Counted from the first letter of the stretch, positions 49,773 to 59,855 are shown. The stretch is DNA of 61,104 nucleotides from Candidatus Woesebacteria bacterium (GCA_027347685.1 DAIEQM010000044.1:1-61104); one strand, 5' to 3'. Program-made: numbers and translations. The notes: generated by a model not told the origin, from the sequence alone.

Positions 49773-50381
49773 ATGACTGAAAAATTCAAGATAATACTGT
49801 ACTGTGGACCCGACGGAGCTGGCAAGGATTATTTAGCAGGGAAGGCCCTGGAAATGCTTTCCGATTTTCTGACGACAGCAGCAATGGTAACTACCAGACC
49901 TGCTCGTGACCCGAAGGTTGAAACAAAAATCCCCATTGAAGAGTCTGTTTTTGATGCATTGCATTCTTCAGGTGAACTCCTCGGTGCACACCTCAATCGA
50001 GGCCATAAGTACGCATATCGTCGACACGACTTGGTCGAGGCGAAGAAACAAGGCAAAGTTGGGGCACTCTTGGAAGTGAATCCTGCGGTTCAAGCACATT
50101 TGGTTCATGAGCTTAAAAATGATCCAGATCTGCAACTCGTTGGATGGATTGGGCTTGCAGGAGACCAAGAATATTTGGCTCAGAACATAAAGTCGCGAGA
50201 CAACTCAAGCGATGACATCATTCAAGCCAAGCTTGAAATGGCACAGCAAATTTCAGACGCAATTTCTGTAAATCACAAAAAAGGTTTACTCGAAATTTTC
50301 GAAGTGGGTTGGAGCAATCGAGCCACCATGCATGAAGAATATTCTGCACGAGTTGCAGAACTGCTTGGCATTTCGCGATAA
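49773..50381 (+). CDS. Guanylate-kinase-like P-loop protein (divergent motifs)
   Basis: The P-loop is CGPDGAGKD (Asp where kinases have Ser/Thr). TTRPARDPK resembles the GMP-binding TTRxxRxxE segment, but the following Y.F motif is absent. Confidence 0.5.
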   Translation: MTEKFKIILYCGPDGAGKDYLAGKALEMLSDFLTTAAMVTTRPARDPKVETKIPIEESVFDALHSSGELLGAHLNRGHKYAYRRHDLVEAKKQGKVGALLEVNPAVQAHLVHELKNDPDLQLVGWIGLAGDQEYLAQNIKSRDNSSDDIIQAKLEMAQQISDAISVNHKKGLLEIFEVGWSNRATMHEEYSARVAELLGISR

Positions 50382-50426
50382 CTACACAAGGTGCGGGTTT
50401 TATTTGAAACTCTGCACCTTTTTTCG

Positions 50427-50435
50427 TGCTATATT
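50427..50435 (+). promoter_or_regulatory. Extended -10 TGcTATATT, 6 nt upstream of ATG 50442 (leaderless-type)
   Basis: TGcTATATTgaatatATG. Confidence 0.45.
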
Positions 50436-50441
50436 GAATAT

Positions 50442-51491
50442 ATGGACACCAACGCTGCCTCTATTTTGGACTCTCTTAAAAAACGTCTTGAGCCTGCTCA
50501 AATCCCCGAAGACCTCAAGGAAGGAATTAATATTCGCCTGCAGCAAATGACTGCGCTTACCAATTCCCCAACGTTCCTCCCAGAGCTTGACCGTATGGAC
50601 CGTTATATTGATTGGGTAACTCATTTACCATGGAACACTATCACTCCCGACCAGCTTGATCTTTCAAAGGCCAAAGAAATTCTCGACTCACACCATTACG
50701 GACTTGAACCATTGAAGGAACGTATTTTGGAATATCTTTCGGTTATGAAGCTCATGATGGATAAAGGAGAAGATGTCGCCAAACGCTCGCCAATCCTTTT
50801 GTTCGTAGGTCTTGTGGGAACAGGTAAAACAACCATGGCCATCAGTGTGGCAGAAGCCATTGGACGTAAATTTGTCCGTATTCCATTTGGAGGTATGGGA
50901 GATCCACTGGAGCTTCGTGGACAATCACGCATGCATCCCGAAGCAGAACCGGGACGCATTATAAAAGCACTTCGTATTGCACAAAGTAGGAATCCGATTA
51001 TTCTCCTCGATGAAATTGATCGTGTGACGGAACAAGGAAGAGCCGCCATTATGGGTGTGCTCGTCGAACTTCTCGACCCTGAACAAAATCAGGCGTTTGT
51101 TGACCATTATCTTGATTACCCGGTTGATCTTTCTAACGCTCTCTTTATTGCAACCGCCAACAATACGACCAATATTGCCACTGCTGTTATGGATCGCTTA
51201 GAGCCTATTACCATGCCGAGTTACAGTGACACCGAAAAAATTGAAATTGCTAAGCGCTACATTTTGCCAAAGGTCTTAAAAGAGTCAGGTCTTCCAGACA
51301 ATGCGATTACGTTTGATGACGACGTGTGGATTAGCATTGCGCGTCCCTTGGTGTATGACGCCGGTATTCGTACCCTTGATCGTACTGTGCAGGGAGTTGT
51401 ACGTAAGGTTGCCAAAATGATTGTTTCTGGACAAGGAACACAATTCCACATTACCCACGAGAACGTAAAACAGTTCTTGCCTCAGTGGTAA
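50442..51491 (+). CDS. Lon-like AAA+ module only (no LAN N-domain, no S16 protease domain)
   Basis: LDSHHYGLEPLKERILEYLSV...LLFVGLVGTGKTT...RKFVRIPFGGMGDPLELRGQSRMHPEAEPGRIIKAL...ILLDEIDR closely parallels the LonA ATPase. The ORF stops at the AAA/protease boundary (...ITHENVKQFLPQW). Confidence 0.75.
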   Translation: MDTNAASILDSLKKRLEPAQIPEDLKEGINIRLQQMTALTNSPTFLPELDRMDRYIDWVTHLPWNTITPDQLDLSKAKEILDSHHYGLEPLKERILEYLSVMKLMMDKGEDVAKRSPILLFVGLVGTGKTTMAISVAEAIGRKFVRIPFGGMGDPLELRGQSRMHPEAEPGRIIKALRIAQSRNPIILLDEIDRVTEQGRAAIMGVLVELLDPEQNQAFVDHYLDYPVDLSNALFIATANNTTNIATAVMDRLEPITMPSYSDTEKIEIAKRYILPKVLKESGLPDNAITFDDDVWISIARPLVYDAGIRTLDRTVQGVVRKVAKMIVSGQGTQFHITHENVKQFLPQW

Positions 51492-51562
51492 ATGGTTCAT
51501 CGCCTGTAACGTATTGAGTTGCGGATGTATACTACAACATCAGTTTTTTAAGGAGGATAGCG

Positions 51563-51817
51563 ATGATCGGTTGTTTCATTAACATTCTCAGAGGTCTGTT
51601 GGTTTTTCTTGTTGCAGGACTCCTTTTCACCTATGCAGTATACGGTGTGCCGTCAAAATATACGGCGAATGCTGTTGTGATAACGATACTCGCGGTTCTC
51701 GGAATAGTGGTGTTAAGTGTGATTGCTTATTTTAATAACCAACGTATTCGGAGAAAACTCGTGAGTAAAGGGAGTTCTCGGAATTATGGTTCCCCAGGAG
51801 CCCCAATTCACATGTGA
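51563..51817 (+). CDS. Small membrane protein (hypothetical)
   Basis: SD AAGGAGG and two hydrophobic helices. Confidence 0.4.
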   Translation: MIGCFINILRGLLVFLVAGLLFTYAVYGVPSKYTANAVVITILAVLGIVVLSVIAYFNNQRIRRKLVSKGSSRNYGSPGAPIHM

Positions 51818-51828
51818 GGCGTTGTGTT

Positions 51829-51856
51829 GGGCGGCACTCAATATGCCGCCCTCTTA
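51829..51856 (+). terminator. Hairpin terminator
   Basis: GGGCGGC-actcaatat-GCCGCCC followed by TCTTAT. Confidence 0.45.
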
Positions 51857-51919
51857 TATGCATTGCAAAAGCTATCGCTCTACTAAATCTCCCCCAATCA
51901 GTGTAAAATACCTTTAGTT

Positions 51920-53572
51920 ATGTCTTCTCTTAAATTTGTTGCACTCTCCGGCACGACAGGTGTCACTGAAAATTGTTATATCTACGAATACGAAGACTCA
52001 ATGATTGTCGTGGATTGTGGAGTTGGGTTTCCGGACGCCGATATGTATGGCGTGGACCTCGTTATTCCCGACTTTAACTACATTCGAAAAAACGCGCACA
52101 AACTCAAAGCCATTGTTATTACCCACGGTCACGAAGATCACATTGGAGCAATTCCCTTTTTGGTGAAAGAAGTTCGGGTTCCGATTTATGCCTCTCCCCT
52201 TACCGCAGGCTTCATTAAAGACAAACTGCTCGACTCAAATATTCGTGACGTAAAAATTAATGTATTCAACTTAGAAACTGATGTCGTGCGCATTGGGCCG
52301 TTTACGATTACCCCATTTCGAGTCAGTCATTCCATTCCTGATGCGTCAGGCCTGTGTATTGATACCCCTGAGGGAAAAGTATTTCATGTACCGGATTATA
52401 AATTTGATTGGACTCCAGTAAACGGCAAACCATTTGATGTGGGAAAAGCAGCACTCTTGGCTTCAGGTGGCGTGTTGGCATTGGCTTCAGATTCTCTGGG
52501 TTCAACAAGCCCTGGGTACACCGAAAGTGAACAAACCATTGAAGGCATTATTAAGCGCATTGTCTTGGACGCGACAGGCCTGGTGTATTTTACGACCATT
52601 AGTAGCAATATTTCTCGTATGCAGCAGGCCATATATGCGGCCGAAGCATCTGGCCGTAAAGTGAGCTTCATTGGCCGGTCTATTATTCGGAAGGCCGAAG
52701 TCGCTCGGAAACTTGGCTACCTTAAATATTCTCCAAGTAATATTGTTCAGGGCAAAGATGCACGAAAACTTCCTCGTGACAAAGTTATGTACATTATTTC
52801 GGGCTCTTACGGACAACCAGGAAGTGCGTTGTATCGAGTTGCCATGGGTGAGCATGACTTCTTAACTGTTTCCGAAAATGACACGGTTGTGTTTTCAGCT
52901 GATCCTGCACCACCGGGAGCAAAAGCGAATGTAGACTTTGTAGTTGATCGGCTTTTGGAAGGAAATATCGATGTTCACTACTATGATATGCAAGAAAACT
53001 TGCATGTGTCAGGACATGGAAGCATGGAAGACATCAAAATGCTTATGGCTATTGTTAAGCCAAAGTATTTAATTCCCATTGGAGGAACAATTCGCCACAA
53101 CAGAGCATACGGCCAAATTGGAGAAATGATGGGAATTAAAAAGCATGATGTATTGGAGCTGACTGGAGGGGAGACGGTGGACTTTAGTAACGGGCATGCA
53201 AAGCGAGGAGAAACGATTCCGGTGAGGCAAGTCTTGGTAGATGGGCTTGAAGTCGGGGACGTGGGGCAGGTAGTGCTTCGTGACCGCCAAATTTTGGCAT
53301 CAGACGGAATTGCAATTGTAGTCATGGGCTTTAATACTGCTACCAAAAAAGTGGTGGGAGAGCCCGAAATTATTAGTCGTGGATTTGTATTTGAAAAAAT
53401 GAAGAAGAATTTTCTTCTTGAAAGTGGCGTGCGCCTCGTCAAAAACCTCGACAAGAAAAATATTGTAAATCCGGCCGTCGCCAAGCGTGAAGCCGTCGAC
53501 TTTTTGGAGCGGTACTTCTTTGAAAAGACTGGCCGTCGTCCGATGATTTTGCCAGTAGTCGTGGAAGAGTGA
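51920..53572 (+). CDS. rnj: Ribonuclease J
   Basis: Metallo-beta-lactamase HGHEDHIG, beta-CASP and C-terminal domain. Confidence 0.9.
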   Translation: MSSLKFVALSGTTGVTENCYIYEYEDSMIVVDCGVGFPDADMYGVDLVIPDFNYIRKNAHKLKAIVITHGHEDHIGAIPFLVKEVRVPIYASPLTAGFIKDKLLDSNIRDVKINVFNLETDVVRIGPFTITPFRVSHSIPDASGLCIDTPEGKVFHVPDYKFDWTPVNGKPFDVGKAALLASGGVLALASDSLGSTSPGYTESEQTIEGIIKRIVLDATGLVYFTTISSNISRMQQAIYAAEASGRKVSFIGRSIIRKAEVARKLGYLKYSPSNIVQGKDARKLPRDKVMYIISGSYGQPGSALYRVAMGEHDFLTVSENDTVVFSADPAPPGAKANVDFVVDRLLEGNIDVHYYDMQENLHVSGHGSMEDIKMLMAIVKPKYLIPIGGTIRHNRAYGQIGEMMGIKKHDVLELTGGETVDFSNGHAKRGETIPVRQVLVDGLEVGDVGQVVLRDRQILASDGIAIVVMGFNTATKKVVGEPEIISRGFVFEKMKKNFLLESGVRLVKNLDKKNIVNPAVAKREAVDFLERYFFEKTGRRPMILPVVVEE

Positions 53573-53583
53573 TACGATGAAGC

Positions 53584-56115
53584 ATGAGTATGGAAAATAG
53601 CCTGGATCCAGTCGCCTTGTTTCGTCAGAGAGAAGAGAAACGTGCTCAAAATAACCCCAATGCAAATGTTGATGAGCGAGTAGAGCAAGATATTATTCGC
53701 GAAATTCGCGATGGCAACGGCTCTCTTGAACAAAAACAGAATTTGTACAACCAATTGTCCCCAGAAGCAAAGAGATCTACTCCTATCTCCCCAGAACTTA
53801 AAAATTCTTTGCAACCGAGCCAGGAGCAACTTCAAAAACAAAGAGATGCTCTCATGGAATCCATGTGGTCAAACCCAACGCATGATACACAAGACGCTAT
53901 TACAAAAATTGACAGAGAACTTGAGAATCGTTTTGCTGTTGATCCGTTGTATAAAAGACTTGGGAAGGATGACCCAAATCTTCTCAATGCGCGACGCGAA
54001 AAATTGGTATCAAAAATGCTATCGGAACCCGACGAAGCCACTCAAACTGAAATTAGAGACATTGATGAAAAGCTGAAAAAAATAAATTCACCCAAACCAA
54101 CAGAATCTCAAGATCAGTCCGTAGCCACACCAGAAGCCGTTAAAAATGAATTACCTCTTCCCCCAGAATGGGATTTACTTGAGGAAGACGATGAAGAGGA
54201 AATAAACATTACAGGAGTGTTAAAAGACATTCACGAATCTGATAAATTACCAGTTAATGAGGAATCTAAAACCCCTCTTTCTGTGGATGAGGCTATAAAA
54301 TATTTTGCGAGTGAGCAGCCGCGGCTTCTGAAGTTAGTTCGTGATTTTAGGGAGTCACACTTAATAAATTCGAATACAAGAGATGATATTCAAGATCAAA
54401 TAGACTCTGCTCGAAGACAATTAGATAACTATCGCAAAAGTGGACTGATATTTGAAAACAAATCTAAAGATTCAAACAAAGGATATACTTTTGTGGACTT
54501 TATGCTCCAGCAGGAAAAGTTAATTAAACTCGCCGAAGAAAGTTTGGGACAACGTGCCTCGAAAAAAGGGACTCTTATAACAAGAACTGATCCTGAGTTT
54601 TTTGCTGAATTTGATCGCGTAGAGGAAGAAATGACCGAGGACTTTAGAGAACTCCACCCAGAATTTCAAAGTAAAAATTCAGAAGTTAAAAGCTCAGAAG
54701 AAGATAAAAAACCAGAAACACCTCTCCGATTTAGTGACGGCAAAGAAGTTGATAGTCTCAAAGCTCCGCTTGAAGACGATGAGCCCCATATTGTGGTATC
54801 CAATGATAGTTCTCCTAAAGAGCAACCAAAGCCGAGACGTTTTTCTGCTATCAGAAATATATTTGCAAACATTACCTCAAAAAACCGATCTACTACACCA
54901 CCTCCAGTACCAGTCTTAACAGACAATCCTCCGAGTGCTGAGACTCCTATTTCTCAGATACAACCTCTTGAACAGGCAATTTTCCCAGAGACCCCACCGC
55001 CACCTGAAATTGATGCTTTGTCTGAAGAAGTCACCGTTGAATCGAGTTCATCTGCAAATCAAGAATTAGCTTATGAGTCTCATTTAAACGAGAATATTGA
55101 TCAGGAAATTGCCGAAGTAGATCAGCTGAGTGACAAAGAAGTTGTTGAGCGCATCGTTCCTGAGATGTCGTCGTATCACGACTATGACGATTTGCCTAAA
55201 GCGAGCGAAGTTCATTCAGAAAAGGAGCTTATCCATGCGCTTGTCTCTCATGCGAACTTTATTCAAACAATGTTTAACGAAAAAGCTGTAGATAAATCGA
55301 ACTATGGTGAGGTGTTAGCACAACGGAAAGATATTTCACAAAAAGAAATAGAATTTTTGTATGAACCCAATATTTATCATCTTATTTCGAATGGCGTTTT
55401 TAACCCAGCACTCTCGACCTATCATCGAAATTATATTTCTGCTCTATATATACCAGATGGTACTGACGGTAATTTGTCGGATCAGAATAGTGGTATGTTG
55501 CATGTTGATATCTCACATAAGTCTTCAGATGAACGTGTGCTTCTGAGATCAGAAATAAATGGGGGATACACTTTCTCGCTTGATCCAACGTTCAACGCAT
55601 CGCTACGTACAGCTGAGAATGATATTCAGGACGTTGAACCTGAAACTACTGTGCCGGCATCACAGATTACAAATGAAGCTCCTTCTGCAGTTTCATCTGA
55701 GTTGCAGGACGGAACAAAGAACGAAGGAGGAAGTGAGGAAGCAGCACAATTGAGCGCTGAAAATTTAACTGAGCAAATCGAGAATCGTATCAATCAAACT
55801 AACCAAACATTGGATGATTTTAGGAGCGCACTTCAAAATGTGACTGACGCAAATGAGTTAAATCGGATTAAGTTACAATTTGCTAATCTTATTCAGGGAG
55901 AAATTAATCAGGTTGACCAATTTAGGCAGGGGCAAGAATATCGAACGCTTAATATGGATCAACAATCACTGTTGTCCGGCTACCGGATGATGCAAAAAGA
56001 TCTTGCAAAATTATCTTCTCGGTTAGGAGGCCCGGGAGATGTCACTTATGAAATGACAGAATATTTGAAAGATATTGAATACAATAAAGATCTTATCCAA
56101 AAACTGACAAAATAA
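53584..56115 (+). CDS. Large acidic, low-complexity/coiled-coil orphan protein (843 aa)
   Basis: Continuous ORF with no TM helix or signal peptide. Glu/Asp/Gln/Ser/Pro-rich. Internal repeat QRDALMESMWSNPTHDTQDAITKIDRELENRF versus RREKLVSKMLSEPDEATQTEIRDIDEKLKKI. Confidence 0.6.
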   Translation: MSMENSLDPVALFRQREEKRAQNNPNANVDERVEQDIIREIRDGNGSLEQKQNLYNQLSPEAKRSTPISPELKNSLQPSQEQLQKQRDALMESMWSNPTHDTQDAITKIDRELENRFAVDPLYKRLGKDDPNLLNARREKLVSKMLSEPDEATQTEIRDIDEKLKKINSPKPTESQDQSVATPEAVKNELPLPPEWDLLEEDDEEEINITGVLKDIHESDKLPVNEESKTPLSVDEAIKYFASEQPRLLKLVRDFRESHLINSNTRDDIQDQIDSARRQLDNYRKSGLIFENKSKDSNKGYTFVDFMLQQEKLIKLAEESLGQRASKKGTLITRTDPEFFAEFDRVEEEMTEDFRELHPEFQSKNSEVKSSEEDKKPETPLRFSDGKEVDSLKAPLEDDEPHIVVSNDSSPKEQPKPRRFSAIRNIFANITSKNRSTTPPPVPVLTDNPPSAETPISQIQPLEQAIFPETPPPPEIDALSEEVTVESSSSANQELAYESHLNENIDQEIAEVDQLSDKEVVERIVPEMSSYHDYDDLPKASEVHSEKELIHALVSHANFIQTMFNEKAVDKSNYGEVLAQRKDISQKEIEFLYEPNIYHLISNGVFNPALSTYHRNYISALYIPDGTDGNLSDQNSGMLHVDISHKSSDERVLLRSEINGGYTFSLDPTFNASLRTAENDIQDVEPETTVPASQITNEAPSAVSSELQDGTKNEGGSEEAAQLSAENLTEQIENRINQTNQTLDDFRSALQNVTDANELNRIKLQFANLIQGEINQVDQFRQGQEYRTLNMDQQSLLSGYRMMQKDLAKLSSRLGGPGDVTYEMTEYLKDIEYNKDLIQKLTK

Positions 56116-56168
56116 GGAGATATTAATGCTTGATTGATACTTCACTTTGCTATACTGTGATGAACACT

Positions 56169-58310
56169 ATGGCTAAACGCAAAAAGCACAAACGCCAAAA
56201 GATTAAAGACAAGAAAGGCGGGTCTTCATTAAATCCTGCAATGTTTCGTTCTCTTCTGCAGATTTTTTTCTGGGCGACCGCAGGACTTATCTTAGTCTCC
56301 TTCTCAAGGCAGGGAAGAATACTTATTCGGGTAAACGACTTTTTAACAAGCTTCATGGGGTGGACCTCCATTTTTTTACCATTTATTTTAATTTCTTTTG
56401 GTTTTGCCGTGAGTAAATTTAAAATTTTACTCGGGCGCGCAAACGTGATTATTGGCTCATTACTATTTTTCTTCTCCATCACCACACTTACCCACTCAGG
56501 ATCATTTGGAGCACAAGCAGGAGACGGAGTTGCAGCTCTTATTACGCCAGCCGGAAGTATTGTGCTTCTTCTGGCGCTCACCGTTGCGGGGATTTTAATA
56601 TTATTTAATATTTCTTTTGAGCAAATCATCGAACTCTTTACAACGACAGAGCCGGAGAAGAAACAATCAAAGAAGGCAGCCAAAGAAGACATTTTGCAAT
56701 CGCAGGAAGAAGTAAAAGAAAAGCGTGGCTTTTTGGGAACGCGGCTTTTTGCAAAACCTGAAACAAAAGAACTCAAAATTTTGGGAGGAGCAGGTACCTA
56801 CTCAGAATCTAAAGGAAAAGAACAAAAGGCACTTGAAAGTCACTCAGGGGGAGATGGCGTTTGGAAGTATCCACCCATGGAGCTGTTATCGGAATCAAGT
56901 GGAGGAAAAGCTGATCGGGGAGATTTAAAGGGTAACGCTGCAATTATTGAAGAAACGCTTGATTCATTTGGAATAACAGCTCGTGTTATTGAAATTAATC
57001 AGGGCCCTGCGGTTACTCAGTATGCAATTGAAGTGGCACTCGGCACAAAGCTATCAAAGATTACCGCCCTCGATCGAGATCTTGCACGCTCTCTCGAGTC
57101 TCCAACCGGAGCCATTCGTATTGAAGCACCAATTGCAGGACGATCACTGGTCGGAATTGAACTGCCTAATAAATCCCCTGAGTTTGTCCCTCTCCGGAAA
57201 ATGCTTCTGTCAGACACTATGCGCATGAGCCAATCTAAACTAACGGTCGCTTTGGGGCTTGATGTTGCGGGCAAAGCAGTGGTTGCTGACATTGGAAAAA
57301 TGCCACATGTACTTATTGCAGGTCAAACCGGTTCCGGAAAAAGTGTGTGCTTAAATACATTTTTAGCGTCTCTTCTGTTTAGAACTTCACCACAAGAAGT
57401 AAAGCTTATTTTGGTTGATCCAAAACGAGTTGAAATGACGGGGTACAATGGAATTCCACATTTGTTAACTCCGGTTATTGTTGAGCCAGACAAAGTCCTT
57501 TCTGCCCTGCGATGGCTTGTAGGAGAAATGGATCGCCGATACAAATTGTTTGCACAGGCCGGAGTGAGAAACATTGACGGGTACAACGAAATGAGTGGAT
57601 TCCAAGCTATGCCGTACATCGTGCTTGTGATCGATGAGTTGGCAGATATTATGCTCTTTGCACCTGTCGAAGTTGAAGATTGTATTACCCGTCTTGCACA
57701 GATGAGTCGTGCAACTGGTATTCATATGGTTTTGGCTACACAGCGCCCTTCAGTAGATGTCTTGACCGGACTTATTAAAGCTAACGTTCCTCATCGCATA
57801 GCGTTCGCCGTTTCATCACAAGTTGACTCTCGTGTTATTTTGGACGCATATGGTGCTGAAAAATTACTAGGAAAAGGAGACATGCTCCATTTGTCACCTG
57901 AACAGGCCCGCCCGAAGCGTATTCAAGGTGCTTTTGTAAACGATAAAGATATTACCAAGCTTGTTGAATTCTTGAAAGCTGAAGGAGTCGACCCCGACTA
58001 CACCGATGAAGTAATTACCACACAAAAAGCTGGTTCTGTCTCGGTGCCGGGAGTTGAGGCGGCCGATGATATGTTCAAGAAAGCTGTCGAAATTGTGTGC
58101 CAGTACGATCGTGCATCTGCGTCTCTTCTTCAAAGAAAGCTTTCAGTTGGGTATGCACGAGCTGCTCGCATTCTGGACCAACTTGAAGAAGCAGGCGTTG
58201 TGGGAGCTGCTGAGGGAAGTAAACCGCGAGAAGTCTTGGTACAAAATGCGCAACAAGTATTTGGAGGCGAAGCAGAAGCAGGAACTTCGAATGAAACGCC
58301 CGAAGCGTAA
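56169..58310 (+). CDS. ftsK: DNA translocase FtsK/SpoIIIE
   Basis: 4 TM helices, a linker, a motor domain (GQTGSGKS; LVIDELADIM; ATQRPS) and a gamma winged-helix (ASASLLQRKLSVGYARAARILDQLE). Start at ATG 56169, downstream of TGcTATACT (56148-56156). Confidence 0.9.
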   Translation: MAKRKKHKRQKIKDKKGGSSLNPAMFRSLLQIFFWATAGLILVSFSRQGRILIRVNDFLTSFMGWTSIFLPFILISFGFAVSKFKILLGRANVIIGSLLFFFSITTLTHSGSFGAQAGDGVAALITPAGSIVLLLALTVAGILILFNISFEQIIELFTTTEPEKKQSKKAAKEDILQSQEEVKEKRGFLGTRLFAKPETKELKILGGAGTYSESKGKEQKALESHSGGDGVWKYPPMELLSESSGGKADRGDLKGNAAIIEETLDSFGITARVIEINQGPAVTQYAIEVALGTKLSKITALDRDLARSLESPTGAIRIEAPIAGRSLVGIELPNKSPEFVPLRKMLLSDTMRMSQSKLTVALGLDVAGKAVVADIGKMPHVLIAGQTGSGKSVCLNTFLASLLFRTSPQEVKLILVDPKRVEMTGYNGIPHLLTPVIVEPDKVLSALRWLVGEMDRRYKLFAQAGVRNIDGYNEMSGFQAMPYIVLVIDELADIMLFAPVEVEDCITRLAQMSRATGIHMVLATQRPSVDVLTGLIKANVPHRIAFAVSSQVDSRVILDAYGAEKLLGKGDMLHLSPEQARPKRIQGAFVNDKDITKLVEFLKAEGVDPDYTDEVITTQKAGSVSVPGVEAADDMFKKAVEIVCQYDRASASLLQRKLSVGYARAARILDQLEEAGVVGAAEGSKPREVLVQNAQQVFGGEAEAGTSNETPEA

Positions 58311-58336
58311 TCACTCTTCGGTTTATTTTTTAAGAT

Positions 58337-58966
58337 ATGAAAACAATTGGGATTTATTTGCGTCAAGCTCGCGAGGGCCAACATATTAGTTATAAAGAGC
58401 TTTCGAGGCACACAAAAATAAAGCCTGAGTTTTTGGAAGCGATTGAAAACTCTGATTGGCAAAAGCTTCCTGAGCTTCCTGTGCTTGTGGGTTTTGTAAA
58501 ATCCATTAGTGACGTGGTGAACATTAATCGCGAGCAAGCAGTGGCACTTCTGAGACGTGATTATCCACCGCAAAAAGTTTCCCTAAACCCACGACCCGAT
58601 GTGAAGCGTGAAATTCGACTGGGACAGCGGGCGCTGTGGGCATTTCTTGGCAGTATTGCCATTATTTGTATGTCTGCCTATTTATACTCTCAGTACAAAG
58701 CCTTTACTTCACCTCCCAGGGTAACTATTATTTCACCGGCTGAAAACGAGTTGGTTTCGGCACACAAAATTACGGTGAGAGGAACGACCGATTCAACGGC
58801 AACCGTAAAAATAAATGGCCAACCCGCGCTTGTTGATGAAAACGGTAACTTCGTGACCGATGTTGATGTAGTATCTGAAACTAAATCAATTGAAGTGAGG
58901 GCACTTTCTCGCACTGGTCGTGAAACCGTTGTATCGCGTACAATACAGGTAGAACTAAAAAATTAA
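58337..58966 (+). CDS. rodZ: RodZ-like HTH/transmembrane cytoskeleton protein
   Basis: HTH (IGIYLRQAREGQHISYKELSRHTKIKPEFLEAIENSDW), one TM helix and a C-terminal beta domain. Confidence 0.65.
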   Translation: MKTIGIYLRQAREGQHISYKELSRHTKIKPEFLEAIENSDWQKLPELPVLVGFVKSISDVVNINREQAVALLRRDYPPQKVSLNPRPDVKREIRLGQRALWAFLGSIAIICMSAYLYSQYKAFTSPPRVTIISPAENELVSAHKITVRGTTDSTATVKINGQPALVDENGNFVTDVDVVSETKSIEVRALSRTGRETVVSRTIQVELKN

Positions 58967-58968
58967 AT

Positions 58969-59163
58969 ATGGACGGAATTCAACTACTCCTCATTATTGT
59001 TATTGTTTCTCTTACGAGCCTTTTGCTCGTTGTGGGAATTCAGGTATTTTTTGTGGTAAAGGAGGCGCGGGCTGTTGTAAAGCGTGTCCATGGAATTCTC
59101 GACAATTCAACTGACCGAGTGACTTCATTTCTAGAAAGCCTCAAAGAAAAAAATAAGAATTAG
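58969..59163 (+). CDS. Small membrane protein (DUF948-like)
   Basis: N-terminal TM helix followed by an amphipathic helix. Confidence 0.4.
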   Translation: MDGIQLLLIIVIVSLTSLLLVVGIQVFFVVKEARAVVKRVHGILDNSTDRVTSFLESLKEKNKN

Positions 59164-59231
59164 ACTTGAATAAAGCACACCGCTGTGCTATTATAGGATA
59201 GTTATTCATTCAAATAGTGGGAGTGTGAATT

Positions 59232-59813
59232 GTGAATACCAACTCTAAAACAGCTATTGCTCAAATTATCCAAGAGATTTGTGATCAAGGGGCACGACTT
59301 ATTCATTACATCCAATCTCGGATAACCGCCGTTAAAAACGCCTTAAAGGAATTGATCTCATTTTGCTTAAAGGCGATTTTGCAATTGTTGCTCGTTCTGA
59401 AACTGGCAGTAATTGTAGCCTTATTTGTTGGCCCACTTTCTCTTGTCTGCAATATCGCACTCAAAGCGCTCTTACAGCGTGATGACATTAGAAAACTGTT
59501 ATCCGAAAATACATGGATAACACCGGGGGTACATCTTGTCGTAGTCCTTATTGTGGGAGGGGTTCTTTGGCAAACCTACAGTCTTCAGCCGGAAGATGCG
59601 AGAAAAACGCTCTCCTTGCGATTGTGTTTAGTAGGGCTCGTTTCCATGGTGTTATTTTCAGTCAATGCGCAATTGAGCCCGCTCGGGTGGTTTGCGGCTT
59701 TGGAAGGCTTTGAATACATAAAAGCTGCTACGGCTCTGATAACGGGGATTCTTTTTCTTGAAGTTATCGTACCAGCTTTAATCCGAATTGCCACCAATGT
59801 GGCAACACTCTAA
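59232..59813 (+). CDS. Membrane protein (hypothetical)
   Basis: GTG start, 4-5 hydrophobic helices, followed by a terminator. Confidence 0.4.
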   Translation: MNTNSKTAIAQIIQEICDQGARLIHYIQSRITAVKNALKELISFCLKAILQLLLVLKLAVIVALFVGPLSLVCNIALKALLQRDDIRKLLSENTWITPGVHLVVVLIVGGVLWQTYSLQPEDARKTLSLRLCLVGLVSMVLFSVNAQLSPLGWFAALEGFEYIKAATALITGILFLEVIVPALIRIATNVATL

Positions 59814-59829
59814 TACCATTTTTTATTAC

Positions 59830-59855
59830 GCCCCCTTTAGGAGAAGGGGGCTTTT
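59830..59855 (+). terminator. Intrinsic terminator
   Basis: GCCCCCTT-taggag-AAGGGGGC followed by TTTT. Confidence 0.65.

Noticed and set aside
52981-53841. 286-aa minus-strand ORF spanning the rnj 3' end and the start of the 843-aa gene.
   Set aside because: It is antisense to two well-supported genes. It has low-complexity Ser/Arg/Phe-rich composition and no start signals, so it is a shadow ORF.
56150-56776. 208-aa minus-strand ORF inside the ftsK 5' region.
   Set aside because: It is antisense to the FtsK membrane domain and has no independent signals.
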